From IMG/VR virus record IMGVR_UViG_3300028886_000028, positions 96,001 through 160,000 of that record: DNA of 64,000 nt. One strand, given 5' to 3'. This DNA is from a virus. Its lineage: Duplodnaviria > Caudoviricetes. The notes under the pieces were generated by a model. The model searched no databases and had not been told where the DNA came from. It worked only from the letters and a program-made list of their open reading frames with translations. Position numbers and translations under genes: made by a program. Positions 38,381 to 50,400 of the stretch are shown here, piece after piece (within the stretch, counting starts at the first letter, position 1; every line of letters begins with the position of its first letter).

Positions 38381-38404
38381 TGGGTGGCGTTGCTACCCAT
38401 TTTT
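38379..38404 (+). terminator. Terminator after peptidase
   Basis: AATGGGTGGC-gtt-GCTACCCATT plus T-run. Confidence 0.75.
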
Positions 38405-38462
38405 GTTTACTAGGAAATGTAAAAAACTATTTTTTAAATAATTATATAGTAAAATTATTTTA

Positions 38463-38852
38463 ATGGCTAAAAAACAATTTTTTAATATAAAGTATCCTTT
38501 CACAACGAACGATTATCAAAATTTTTTCGTTGATGTTAACATGTCTGAAAAGGATAAAATAAGAAGTCAAATAATGCATGTTGTATTTACTCCTAAAGGG
38601 CAAAGAATAAGAAACCCTGAATTTGGAACTGACCTTATTAAATATATTTTCAGCCCAAATGATTCTCAAACATGGGAGGGCGTTAAAAATGAAATCATTT
38701 CTTCAGTTCAAAGGTTTGTGCCTGGTTGCGTAATAAATGACATAAGGGTTGTTCAAAGCGATGATGAGAGGGCTGAAATTTTTGTAAGGATGGATTATTC
38801 TATAAAACAAGGTAATAAAATAACTAATGACAGCATAATAACTCAAATATAA
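38463..38852 (+). CDS. Baseplate wedge protein, T4 gp25-like
   Basis: 'IKYPF', 'FTPKGQRIRNPEFGTDL'. Confidence 0.9.
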   Translation: MAKKQFFNIKYPFTTNDYQNFFVDVNMSEKDKIRSQIMHVVFTPKGQRIRNPEFGTDLIKYIFSPNDSQTWEGVKNEIISSVQRFVPGCVINDIRVVQSDDERAEIFVRMDYSIKQGNKITNDSIITQI

Positions 38853-40870
38853 TGGAAAAAAAAATAAATTATTTATCAAAAAACTTTGACGATTTTAAGT
38901 CGGAATTAATAAATTTTAGTAACAAGTATTATCCGGAATTATCTGATAGTTACAATGATTCAAGTGTAGGCGCTTGGTTCATTGATTTGGTTGCTGCTGT
39001 TAGTGATAATTTATCTTATCACATTGATAGAATGTATCAAGAGACAAATGTTAATAGCGCAACTTTAAAGAGCACAGTATTAAATATAGCTCGTACAAAT
39101 GGTTTAAAAGTTCCTGGCCCTAAGGCAAGCACTTGTGAAGTAGAATTAAGTTGTATTCTTCCTGTTGGAAATATAACAACTGGAAGCATATCTCAACCTA
39201 ATTGGAATTACGCCCCAATAATTAAAAGGAGCACTATAGTGTCAGCAGGAAATCTTAATTTTCAATTAATGGAAGATGTTGATTTTGGTGAACAGTTTAA
39301 TAGTGAAGGATATTCAAATAGAACTTTTGTTCCGATGAGGGATAGTAATAGTACTATAACGGCATATACTGTTACTAAATCAACTTTAGCTGTTAATGGT
39401 AGTACTAGAATTTATAAAAAGGTAATTCTTAAACAAGATTTAAAACCTTTTATGGAAGTTGTATTACCTGAAAAAGATGTTATGAATGTAGAATCAATAA
39501 TTTTTAAAGAAACTTCTAATTTTAAAAAAGAGCCTGAGGTTTCTGAATTTTATATTGATGCTGAACAATATAAGATGACTGAAGAAGCTGCTGATACGTT
39601 TAGGTTTTTCGAGGTTAATTCTTTAGCAGAACAGTATAGGTTTGCGACAGAAACAAAAATAGATAACGGTATTTTACAGGATTATTTTAACCCTGAATGG
39701 TATGATGATTATACAGAAAGTAATGATAGTGAAACTGGGTCAACAAGAACTACAAGATATTATAGAGGAAAGTGGAAGCCAATAACACAGAAATTCATTA
39801 CTGAATATACAGACAATGGGTACATGAAAATTATTTTTGGCAGCGGAGTATTATATGATGAACTTCCTAAAGTTAAAGAAAAATTTTCAGAGAGGATTAT
39901 GTCTAAAATCATTAATAATGATATGCTTGGAGTATTGCCAAGAGAAGGATGGACTATGTTTGTTCTTTATAGAGTAGGCGGCGGCGTATCAAGTAATATA
40001 GGAGTTGGTGCTATAAATTCTATAACTCTTACCGTAGCAGAATTTAAGCAAAACGTTACTGATGAGGAAGACTCACCTTCTATAAGGGGTCAAGTGCTTA
40101 ATTCTTTATCTGTTACAAATACAAGCCCTGCTGTTGCTGGTAAAGATGCGCCATCTAGCGAAGAAATAAAGTATCTTACAAAATATAATAATTCTTCTCA
40201 AGAAAGGTGCGTTACATTGAAAGATTACAAATATAGACTTATGATGATGCCTCCTAAGTATGGAGCACCTTATAGGGCAGCAGTAATAGAGGATAATAAT
40301 AAAATAACTATTAGTATATTAGGATTAAATGCTAATGGTAAATTAACTAAAGAATTGCCAGAAACGCTAGTAGAAAATATAGAAGAATATATGTCTCATT
40401 TTAGAACCGTTAGTGACTATATAGAAGGTAAGAGTGGAAAAATATACAACTTAGGTTTTTCTATAGATTTATTTGTCAGTAAAACATATGACGCTCCTAC
40501 TGTTTTAAGTAATGTTATAGAACGAATTAAAGATTATATGTCAGTTGACAAACATGATATGGGAGAAGATATTTTCCTAGGAGACCTTGAAAAGGAAATA
40601 ATGCTTGTTGATGGAGTTGTATCATTAATAAACTTTGATGTGTATAGTTTATATAACGGAGCATATAGTTCAGACAGATGCCCTTATCCAGAAGCAGATG
40701 TTACTGGATTGTGTGCAACTGCTGCTGTTGGTGTTTTTAAAGTTGATAACAGTGCTGATTCGTTTAAAATAAATCTGGATGCTATAGACCATGTGTTGTA
40801 TAGTGATTATAACAGTTGTTTTGAAATTTTCTCAGATTCAGATATTCAAATAAGATGTAAATTGATATAA
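38852..40870 (+). CDS. Baseplate wedge protein, T4 gp6 / P2 gpJ-like
   Basis: 'YLSKNFDDFKSEL', 'LSYHID', 'YRVGGG', 'SSQERCVTLKDY'. Confidence 0.9.
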   Translation: MEKKINYLSKNFDDFKSELINFSNKYYPELSDSYNDSSVGAWFIDLVAAVSDNLSYHIDRMYQETNVNSATLKSTVLNIARTNGLKVPGPKASTCEVELSCILPVGNITTGSISQPNWNYAPIIKRSTIVSAGNLNFQLMEDVDFGEQFNSEGYSNRTFVPMRDSNSTITAYTVTKSTLAVNGSTRIYKKVILKQDLKPFMEVVLPEKDVMNVESIIFKETSNFKKEPEVSEFYIDAEQYKMTEEAADTFRFFEVNSLAEQYRFATETKIDNGILQDYFNPEWYDDYTESNDSETGSTRTTRYYRGKWKPITQKFITEYTDNGYMKIIFGSGVLYDELPKVKEKFSERIMSKIINNDMLGVLPREGWTMFVLYRVGGGVSSNIGVGAINSITLTVAEFKQNVTDEEDSPSIRGQVLNSLSVTNTSPAVAGKDAPSSEEIKYLTKYNNSSQERCVTLKDYKYRLMMMPPKYGAPYRAAVIEDNNKITISILGLNANGKLTKELPETLVENIEEYMSHFRTVSDYIEGKSGKIYNLGFSIDLFVSKTYDAPTVLSNVIERIKDYMSVDKHDMGEDIFLGDLEKEIMLVDGVVSLINFDVYSLYNGAYSSDRCPYPEADVTGLCATAAVGVFKVDNSADSFKINLDAIDHVLYSDYNSCFEIFSDSDIQIRCKLI

Positions 40871-41100
40871 TGAATTGTAATTGTAAAGAATTAAAGAATG
40901 GAAATGATATTGATGCGGAAATTATAAAACGAATTGAAAGTAAAGAATTAACATTTTTCACAAAACTTACTATAATTTACAATTTTTTAGAATTTTATTT
41001 TTATTTCGTCGCCACATCAATATTAAATTTTATGGCTACAGATAAGTTAGAGCCAAGCATACCTAAAAGGTTACTTAAGAAGTATAAAAGCAATGGATAA
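40870..41100 (+). CDS. Small hypothetical protein with hydrophobic segment
   Basis: 76 aa, MNCNCK start, possible TM segment. Overlaps both neighbours. Confidence 0.55.
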   Translation: MNCNCKELKNGNDIDAEIIKRIESKELTFFTKLTIIYNFLEFYFYFVATSILNFMATDKLEPSIPKRLLKKYKSNG

Positions 41101-44100
41101 AAGTTATAGAATTAAAGCCAATGTTGGTATTGACCAGGTTTTAAATGTTAACCTTAAACAAGATATAGATATATATGAAGTACTTTCGCTTAAATTAAAG
41201 CAAGAGAATTTATATAAATTACACTCTGCTGATTATGGTGTCATAGTTGGTAGAGTTCTTGCTAATGATGCGTTTGGAGTTCCTAATGCAAAGGTAACTG
41301 TGTTTATACCTTTGTCAGATGTTGACAAACTTAAAAAGGGTATTAGAGACATATACCCATATGATTTTGTAACGGACGTTGACAATAGAAATGTAAAATT
41401 CAATGCTTTACCTAACTATAAAAAATTTAGTTGCCATCAGGAAGTAGGTTCTTTCCCTAAAAAGCAGTTAGTTCTTGATGAGGACACTGTATTGGAAGTT
41501 TATGACAAATATTATAAATATACTACTATTACAAATAAATCTGGAGACTACATGATATTTGGTGTTCCAACAGGCGAACAAATTTTGCACGTAGATGTTG
41601 ATTTATCTGATATTGGTATAATTTCTCAAGAGCCTAGGGATTTTATTTATAAAGGATATTCTATTGATTTATTTGAAAGCCCAACTCAATTTAAAAAAAG
41701 TACTAATTTAGATGATTTGCCACAGATTCAGACTCAAAATGTATCTGTGACTATATATCCATTGTGGGGTGATAAGACAACAAATGAAATAGCAATTACA
41801 AGAAAAGATATAAATTTACAATATAAATTTGAAACCACTTGTGTATTCATTGGCTCTGTCATAACAGATAATGGCCCTAATAGTATGGGGCATAGTTGTA
41901 TTCCTGATGCAAATGTTGGAGAAGCTGGGCAGTTATCTCCAAGTAAGGGTAATATAGAAATGATTCGTAAAACCGTTGATGATAAAATTGAGGAATATCC
42001 TATAAAGGGAAATCAATTAATTGATGGCGATGGAACATGGTGCTACCAAATACCGATGAATTTGGACTATGTAGGAATGGATGAATATGGCAATATCGTG
42101 CCAACTAACAATCCAAATAAAGGTATACCAACTAGAGCAAGGGTAAGATTTAGATTTACATTAGACGAAACAGGCGAAGATGATTTAACAAGGCATAAAG
42201 CAAGATATTTAGTTCCTAATAATCCTGATATGTATGAAGGCCATCGTGAACCACATATGTATGATGATGTGATGGATAAGGATTTATATTATGAATTTGG
42301 CACTTTAACGCCTGAAGATTGCTTTAGAGATTTGTATTGGAATAAAGTTTATTCTGTTAAAAACTATATACCAAGAATACAAATGAGTAAGCATGAAAAG
42401 TCAGAGAATTATTTGGCTATTAAGGGTGTTAATAAAAAAGATGCGATGAAAAATAACCCTATACCTTTTAACAAATTAAATCTTAATATGAGCATACCTG
42501 CATATTATATGATTTATAGGTATAGTACTGGTGATAAAGGAGTATCGGGATTTTGGAGATTTTTAAGAACTTACTCAATTCTTTATAATGTTGATAATGT
42601 TAGAGAAAGAATAATAGAAGATTTAGATGCTATTGGCCTTGATTTTTATAATGATTGGCTAAATGGGTGTTTATATTTTCCATCTTGGTTTTGGCATATA
42701 AGGCAAAAGAAAAAATATAAAAAAGGAGAATCTGAATATGATAGTGTTTTTTGTGAGTGTAAGAATGTAGCTGATGATAATATACCTGATAGACTATATC
42801 TTTACAATAACTGTTCGTTAGTTTATGAAAACGACAATATGGTTATTAAAACATACAATAAAGTAACTGACAGTTATTTATATGATTCTTTTTATGACTT
42901 GTATACTGGAATACCATTCGGAAGCAAACAATTTTTTAGCGGTATCATTAAAAAAGTGAAAAATAAGGATGGAGCATATGCATATTATTATACTTTTGGA
43001 AATAAATTAGAAAATGATAAAGTTGAAGGTAATCCAGACTTTAATAAAAAATTTCCTGAAGAAATTAGGCCTAAAGATGGGGTTTATTATTATAGGTACG
43101 CAAGGCTTTATTCTACAGATATTATTTTACTTGGTAGTTTAAAAGATTGTGACTTAGATGGTGTTCCTAAAGTAAGTTATTCAATTCCATCCACAACCTC
43201 TAATATACCACCTATGGGTAGATATAAGCCTCAAAGTGAAGAGGTGCAAGGAGAAGCGAAAGAACAAGAACCGGATTACGATGCTGAAGATATTGAATCT
43301 AATTTAGTATCTCATAATGGCATGAGCTGGGGTTCTCATTGGAGGTCTAAGGGCGGTTTTTGGCAACAAATAGCTAAAAGCATAGTAGGAGGGTTTCCTA
43401 CTTATAAATACTATTTAGGAAGTGGCTTATTTTTTGGTTTATCAATACATAAAGTGTATCATGGAAGTGACTGGGCTACAATTGGGCTTATTGCCACATT
43501 GGGAGCATTTGGGGCACTTTTAAGTTCTATTTTTGGAACAGGAAGGCACCTAGATAGAATTGACATTGTTCCGTATAGTGATTTGAAAACTTGTGTTAAC
43601 GCTGAAAGAATAAGTGAACTTGGAGTTACGTTGGATAGTGAAGTGAATATAGAATATGACAGTATTGATGATTCTTCTGGGTATAGTTTTGTGTCTGAAA
43701 TTGATGGACTTATAACAAAGCGAGAAATAGAAGATATAGATACAAGAGCATTATTTGCTACATTGAATTTCAATAAACTTGTAGGGACTTCTGAAAATTA
43801 TATTACTGGTTATAAAAAATATGATTTAAAATATTTTTACCCAACAAACTTTGACGGAAGAATGGGCGATGAAATACGTTTAAAGAATAAAGATAATAAT
43901 AAATTTAACGTAAAATCAGCAATATCAGAATATTATACAAATAATGTTACAACAGATGATAGGAATAAAGATTATCTAGACTTTAGATTTGGCAATAGAA
44001 AAGAGAAATACAATCAAAATTATAGAACTCTTTCCGTTGGGTTTGATGGAAAACAAAGATGGGTATCGCCTTCGTTTAGTGACTTTGTAAAAACAGTAAA

Positions 44101-47100
44101 AAAAGTAAGCAATGATGAATATAATGAATATCGTATTGGCGATGGTTTTACTACTATTACTCGTTTTTGCAAACCAAAAAATAGGCATTTTTATGGGTAT
44201 TCTAAAAATACTGATGCAGTTTATCCTTTGAGAAAAAACCGTTTATATTTTGAGGACTATCCTTATTCATTTCCGTTATATGATAATTCTTTTTATTTTT
44301 ATTTTGGTATGAATCAAGGTAGTACTGCTATTGATAAATTTTATGAAAAATTTTATTCAGAATGCCCTGATAAAAATACCTCTCCATTTATTATGAATGT
44401 TTCTACTACTGCCGCAACTGCTTGTAATAGTAAAAGTGGTTCAATAAGGATTAATGTTGAAGAAATTAATATGCCATATTCCATTTTTCTATGGCATGGT
44501 GATGAAATTAGTGAAGAATATAGAGGCTTAAATGTTTATACTCATACATTTACTAATTTATCAAATGGCGAATATAGAATTGATGTAAAAGATGTATACG
44601 GAACAACTTTATCTGAAAATGTTGTACTTAAATATCAAAAAATATCCCTTAAAACAACTGTTGTTAGAGGAATAACCACGGAATATATAAATCAGGATTG
44701 TGAAGAAATATGTTCAAATGATTATTATGGTAAGTTAAGTATTGATTCTTATATTAATTACGGAACCAAATATAATGCAAATTTATCAAAAATAAGGGAA
44801 GGCATTTATAAAATTGGCGATGGGCAATATGGAGATATTAGAATAGAAATAAAACCAAACATCGGTAGCAATTTTTCAGATTATGTTTGTAAAAATGAAT
44901 GCGGAAAGCCTGAGTTTGAAGGCAATGTGATAAACATTAGCAAACCAGGCACATTTACTATTAGTGTATATGAAATGTGCAATGAAGAAATATCATCTAA
45001 CATATCTTATTATACAGTAACAATACCTGACACTAAGGGTCTTGAAATGTATATTAATGGAGTGCCATTGAAATATATTGTAGGTAGAGAAGAAGATTTA
45101 TTGCCTTACAACAAATGGTTTCATAATAATGGAGAACGAGTAACAGGAGTAACAGATACCTCAATAAAAGGATGGTTTGGAGTTCATAATCCTAAGTCAT
45201 ACGATGAACTATTTCAAACGCCACTTTCTACAGATGCAAATAAATTAACATGGTTAATTGATATTGTTAATGGAGGAAATCTTGATATAATTCATGAAAA
45301 GTTCAATTATATGTTTAACCTATCAGAAGGCGCATATGTTACTGCTAATGAACAGAGTTCGTTCGTAGTTAATATTGATGGTGCTTCTGGTGAATTGTTA
45401 TTAAGAAGTGCCGCCCCGGAATATAGTAAATTTAGCGAATATAACACTGAAATTTGCCCAAATAATTGTTTTAAAAGTTATCTAACTAACGAAAATAAAG
45501 AAGTTATTTGTAATGAATTTAATGCAAACATAGTTTCTGAAAATTATAGGTATGTTAATGACGATAAATTTCCAACAGGAAATCCAGTTCCAAATGGATA
45601 TGATTTCAATCCAAAATATAAAGATTCATTAGATAAAGCAGCAAACTATTTTGCTGGTTTTTCTAATAATGCTAATATTGTGCAATTAACAGAAAATGAA
45701 TGCGAACAGAGAACTGACTATAAGCCATATCAAGTGATACCTTATAAAGCGCATGACCTTTATAAGGAATATGGAATGTGTGTTTATGACGAAAAAGATG
45801 ACATTTTGCAAAAAGTGTATACTCCTGACAATTCATTAGGTACTAAAAGATATTTCAGAACAGAATTTATCGACAGAAGGTTTGATTATGATTTTGTGTA
45901 TATAACTGGAAGGAAGCCCAATCACTACGATGTTGAAAATTACGAATATGAAAGTGATGGTATTTGGAGAATGGCAAGAATTTCTGCATTAACATATAAT
46001 GGTATAGAAATGGAATATGATTCTTCAAAGAATATTATTTCTAGTAATAGTATTGATACAGAATATAATTACAACATTGATGATTGTACAGTCAAATTAA
46101 ACGATGGTATTAAAAGATTTTATGAATCTAAACTTTATTATGGCGATGGAAAATATGTTGATTTAGTGGATGGGTTTAAATCAACTAAAAATACAAACCC
46201 TAAAGCATATTATTATAACAACGATAATGCAAATGATAAAGTAACATGTGATTATTTAGTTTCAAACGATAATGATTCAAAAGTAAACGGAAATTTTGGG
46301 TTAAACGTTGATAATGGTAACGTAACTTATCCTACTTTGAGAAGTATTAGTTTCAATAATATACCTTATGGGGATAATTACACTTTTACAAATGTAAGTT
46401 GTTCGTATAATAAAATTGATATAATTCAAAATACACAATCAATTTTAGCAAAGGCTGCATATGGAGAAGAAGTATCTCATTCAATTGAAGGCGGAGAATT
46501 AGTAAAGATAGTATGTTCTGATTTTGAAAAATATTGCACAGATGGAAATTATAATGTTCATTTCATTGGAAGTTCAGGCACAAGTTCAGAACTTTATTGT
46601 GATAGAATAAATAGTATAGATTTTGTTATAGATGCAAAAAGCACTACTGGCTTTAGAAGTAAATTTGGAGAAATAGGAATAAAAATATGCGGTGATGATA
46701 TAAACCATACTTTTTTAAATGAAATAAAATCTAATGCATTAACTTCTTATCAATCAGTAGTAAATACCATTAACAACGCCCAAAAAATGTCAATACCAAC
46801 AGATACAAATTTCATGGATTCTGATATTGTAAGGAATAAAATTTATAAAATATCTTGCGATTGGAGTTCATCAAAATTTTTAAACATAGTGTTTGATAGA
46901 GAGTATTTTAGTCAAGCAGCAGATTCTTTAATGAAGAAAATAAAAGTAATAAATACATCGACAGTGTTTAACGTTAATAATTTTACTTTTTCATATGTTA
47001 GTCATCAAATAGTTAGGGACGAATTTGTCATACCAGGAGAAGACGTAAATATTGATGTGTCAGGCGATGTTACAATATGTGGAAATACTTCTAACTTGGA

Positions 47101-47479
47101 GAACACTGAGGTTGATGTACAAGATATTACCGGAGGAACTGAACGAGATTATACTGTTTTCGAATTTTCTTCTTCGAGTTTCTTAGTGCATTGTTTGGAT
47201 AATATATGTTTTAACGTTACTTATAAAGGAACATCTGTTAATTATATGCTAACTGACGATAATTTTGAAATTATACAAAGAACTTCTGATTCTATTAAAG
47301 TTGGCGTAAAATGGGATAGACACAATGTTTTATTAAAAAATGGTGGCGGTGACTCTGCTGTTGTTAAAGTATTTTTGAAAATAAAGAATGAAATAAAATC
47401 TCAAAACGGAGAAGGACATTTAGTTTTTGGGTATAGTTTTAAGATTACTGGCGAAAGTTTAAATATGAATTTTAATTAA
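41093..47479 (+). CDS. Large virion (baseplate/fibre) protein with carboxypeptidase-regulatory-like and SprB-like beta domains
   Basis: 'GRVLANDAFGVPNAKVTVF', 'SGDYMIFGVPTG', 'FTNLSNGEYRIDVKD'. In the baseplate operon. Confidence 0.65.
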   Translation: MDKSYRIKANVGIDQVLNVNLKQDIDIYEVLSLKLKQENLYKLHSADYGVIVGRVLANDAFGVPNAKVTVFIPLSDVDKLKKGIRDIYPYDFVTDVDNRNVKFNALPNYKKFSCHQEVGSFPKKQLVLDEDTVLEVYDKYYKYTTITNKSGDYMIFGVPTGEQILHVDVDLSDIGIISQEPRDFIYKGYSIDLFESPTQFKKSTNLDDLPQIQTQNVSVTIYPLWGDKTTNEIAITRKDINLQYKFETTCVFIGSVITDNGPNSMGHSCIPDANVGEAGQLSPSKGNIEMIRKTVDDKIEEYPIKGNQLIDGDGTWCYQIPMNLDYVGMDEYGNIVPTNNPNKGIPTRARVRFRFTLDETGEDDLTRHKARYLVPNNPDMYEGHREPHMYDDVMDKDLYYEFGTLTPEDCFRDLYWNKVYSVKNYIPRIQMSKHEKSENYLAIKGVNKKDAMKNNPIPFNKLNLNMSIPAYYMIYRYSTGDKGVSGFWRFLRTYSILYNVDNVRERIIEDLDAIGLDFYNDWLNGCLYFPSWFWHIRQKKKYKKGESEYDSVFCECKNVADDNIPDRLYLYNNCSLVYENDNMVIKTYNKVTDSYLYDSFYDLYTGIPFGSKQFFSGIIKKVKNKDGAYAYYYTFGNKLENDKVEGNPDFNKKFPEEIRPKDGVYYYRYARLYSTDIILLGSLKDCDLDGVPKVSYSIPSTTSNIPPMGRYKPQSEEVQGEAKEQEPDYDAEDIESNLVSHNGMSWGSHWRSKGGFWQQIAKSIVGGFPTYKYYLGSGLFFGLSIHKVYHGSDWATIGLIATLGAFGALLSSIFGTGRHLDRIDIVPYSDLKTCVNAERISELGVTLDSEVNIEYDSIDDSSGYSFVSEIDGLITKREIEDIDTRALFATLNFNKLVGTSENYITGYKKYDLKYFYPTNFDGRMGDEIRLKNKDNNKFNVKSAISEYYTNNVTTDDRNKDYLDFRFGNRKEKYNQNYRTLSVGFDGKQRWVSPSFSDFVKTVKKVSNDEYNEYRIGDGFTTITRFCKPKNRHFYGYSKNTDAVYPLRKNRLYFEDYPYSFPLYDNSFYFYFGMNQGSTAIDKFYEKFYSECPDKNTSPFIMNVSTTAATACNSKSGSIRINVEEINMPYSIFLWHGDEISEEYRGLNVYTHTFTNLSNGEYRIDVKDVYGTTLSENVVLKYQKISLKTTVVRGITTEYINQDCEEICSNDYYGKLSIDSYINYGTKYNANLSKIREGIYKIGDGQYGDIRIEIKPNIGSNFSDYVCKNECGKPEFEGNVINISKPGTFTISVYEMCNEEISSNISYYTVTIPDTKGLEMYINGVPLKYIVGREEDLLPYNKWFHNNGERVTGVTDTSIKGWFGVHNPKSYDELFQTPLSTDANKLTWLIDIVNGGNLDIIHEKFNYMFNLSEGAYVTANEQSSFVVNIDGASGELLLRSAAPEYSKFSEYNTEICPNNCFKSYLTNENKEVICNEFNANIVSENYRYVNDDKFPTGNPVPNGYDFNPKYKDSLDKAANYFAGFSNNANIVQLTENECEQRTDYKPYQVIPYKAHDLYKEYGMCVYDEKDDILQKVYTPDNSLGTKRYFRTEFIDRRFDYDFVYITGRKPNHYDVENYEYESDGIWRMARISALTYNGIEMEYDSSKNIISSNSIDTEYNYNIDDCTVKLNDGIKRFYESKLYYGDGKYVDLVDGFKSTKNTNPKAYYYNNDNANDKVTCDYLVSNDNDSKVNGNFGLNVDNGNVTYPTLRSISFNNIPYGDNYTFTNVSCSYNKIDIIQNTQSILAKAAYGEEVSHSIEGGELVKIVCSDFEKYCTDGNYNVHFIGSSGTSSELYCDRINSIDFVIDAKSTTGFRSKFGEIGIKICGDDINHTFLNEIKSNALTSYQSVVNTINNAQKMSIPTDTNFMDSDIVRNKIYKISCDWSSSKFLNIVFDREYFSQAADSLMKKIKVINTSTVFNVNNFTFSYVSHQIVRDEFVIPGEDVNIDVSGDVTICGNTSNLENTEVDVQDITGGTERDYTVFEFSSSSFLVHCLDNICFNVTYKGTSVNYMLTDDNFEIIQRTSDSIKVGVKWDRHNVLLKNGGGDSAVVKVFLKIKNEIKSQNGEGHLVFGYSFKITGESLNMNFN

Positions 47480-47491
47480 TTTTTTTAAAAA

Positions 47492-50400
47492 ATGGAATCA
47501 ACACAAAATATTTTACTTAATAGTTCAAAAAACAAAAAAGAAACTAATGAAAATGTTTCATTACAAATTGAATTTTCCGGTAATATGAAATTATTGCCGG
47601 AAGATACTGTTGAGGATTCACTAAATTCATACGATATATACCTTAATGAACGAAAGGAAAGTAATAAATTTAGATTAGTAGTTAATATCAATCCGTTTTG
47701 CAGTAATGTTCTCTTTAACCCATTTACTGAAATAGTAAAAAACGAAGGAACAGAATCTGTAGTATGTTTGAACTATGAAGATGGCTATACAGAAAATAAA
47801 AATAATTTAATAGGAAAAAGTGAATATTTTGTGTGGCATCAATATGATGCAATTAGAGACACGCAGCTTTCTAATGAAACTTGTGGATTTGAATATCATT
47901 GTGGAATTGATATTTTTAATAATCATATTTTAAGAAATAAAACTTTAAAAGCTGTTAATTTTAACGAAACTAATTCCCTAAAAACTTTAGGCATGTTAGA
48001 TTACACTACAGATGGAGATAAAATCTATGGAAAATCTTTTAAAAAAGTTAAGGTTAATGAATTAGGGGATACACCAGGCCATCAATGGCAATATTTCATA
48101 GAAACAGATTTTAATACAATAGATGATTATATGCGAGATAAAGATGGGTGGGTTATTTCTGAGCATTTTCCTAAGATAGTTAAAAAAGATTCTGTACGTA
48201 GTAATTTAGAGACAATTATTATGCCTCTTCATCTGTACCAAAATTATGACATACTTAGTTTTAGAGATTGCATTAAAGAAAAATTACTGGAGAATAATGG
48301 ATGGTATGGATTTAGTAACCCATCTACTCTTGGTATTACTGAAACAAAAAATGGAACTCATCAATCAACCACAGTAAATTCTACGTTTGATGTTGATAAA
48401 TTATCACTAAAAATTTGCCCTCCTGATACAAATGGCAATGTAAGCATAACTGCAATAAAAACAACGAGCGTTGATAATATAGATGCGTCAAGACTCGATA
48501 TAAATAAAACAATTAACAATAAGGAATATTGTGATTATATTGATATGTATCCAGGAAGAGATTTATACTCTTTCACCCCCAAGTATAACGAAGGCAGAAA
48601 ACGAATTGAAAAAAATTGGAATTATTGTTTAACTTATCCTAGTAAAAACGTCATTAAAAATGATGATATTGACTTTCCATTTTTTAGAATAGATGATAGA
48701 GGAAATACGTCTTTGAAAGTTTATATGTTTGATGAGGGAACTGTTGACGATGATGGTACTCAACTTTTGACAATATATACTGTATGCCAGCATGGACTTA
48801 TGGAAGGTGATGAAGTTAATATATACAAGTCGAATGATATATTTTACGATTCAGCTGAGGTTATTCATGTAATTGATAAATATATTTTTCAAGTTTTTAA
48901 GAATACTTCTAACATGTCAGATTATTGGATTGAGGTAGAAAATAGGAATGTTGTTGGAGTAGATATTCTTAACCCTTTTCAGTATAGTCCTGAAGAATCT
49001 CCTATTTTGCCTCAGAGAATATTAGACGGCATATTGCAAGTTGGTGGAAATTATTTTCCTATATGCGAAAGTAATAGATGTAATGTTGACCCTAACGCTC
49101 AAGATATTCACATAAGAAGGGTTGTTAGTGGTGTAGAATGTAAGTACTATGTAAGAAAATTTTCGAGATTGCCTAATTTTAAATTTAGGGATGAAGAGGT
49201 TAATGATTATACTTTATATGATGATTCGCACAATAAAAAGAAAAATAAAAAAGGAGAACTTACTTTAATAGAAAAATTTTCAAAACCAGGTGATAAAAAG
49301 ACAGAATTTGAGAGCCATATTTCTAAATTGGGATTTGCCAGCACATCATATGGCGATGATTCCACTGAAATAGTATTTACTGATGATATTAATACTTCAT
49401 TTATAAGAGATAATTTGGGCAGGCCGTTAAGTGATATATTTCTTACTATTATTAAAAATAACAAAGGATATAAAGAATGGTATGGAATTGGAAAGGGAAT
49501 AACAATTAATAGTATTGATGTAGAATATTCTCATTGTTTTGGTAAGGTTAATGGCAGTTTTTTGCTTTCAGATTATTACAGGGAATATTATTTAAATGGT
49601 AATAATAATGTAAATTTATATGATGTTAGGGATATAACAGCAAATAGTTTTCATAGCCTTCTAATTACTAACAAAGTTGATAAATCAACAAGTCCTGATT
49701 CTGACGAAATAGAATTTAGCAAGGATTGGGAGTATTATGGGGACATATGCTGTTTTTCTCCTATAGATTGTGATGAACAAAGTATTCAATATGCTATGCA
49801 TAGATTCAATACAGTCCAAAGAGAACTGGTAAATTATGATGCCGAAGATGCAAATAGAAAATTTAATAATGGCAAAATGTATTATGATGAAATACTTCAT
49901 GTAGAGAATTCATTACCATTTAGTAAAGCATACGATGGAGACCCGTATGAGCCATTTAAACGAGGTTCTTTACAAAGGAAAAAGAAAAAAGAGATATTAG
50001 CAACAAATCTTTATCACACTACTAAAGAAGAACTTAATTCTATGCTTAATTTCCAAGAAGGATATTATTATCAGCCTCATTATAGAATATCAGTTAAAAC
50101 TATATCTAGTGAATTAAGTAAAGATGAAAATGTAGAGTATGAGATTGTAGAAATTAGAGACCCATCTGCTACTACAGAAAACGATAGGACATTATATGAG
50201 TTAAAAACATCTGTTGATAACTTGTTCAGTGAAAATGAAAAAGCGGTATTATATAAAAAATCAATAAATAAATATTATTTTATAACTGTATATGCCATAA
50301 TAGATTTTAATAGATTTATTTGCACTATTTCTGATGAATCAGGTAATCATGATATAACAATTGATGGTATTTTTGATATTGAAAACATTAATGATTATAC

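Noticed and set aside
40870-41100. Holin
   Set aside because: Only one weak hydrophobic segment and no adjacent endolysin, so it cannot be supported.
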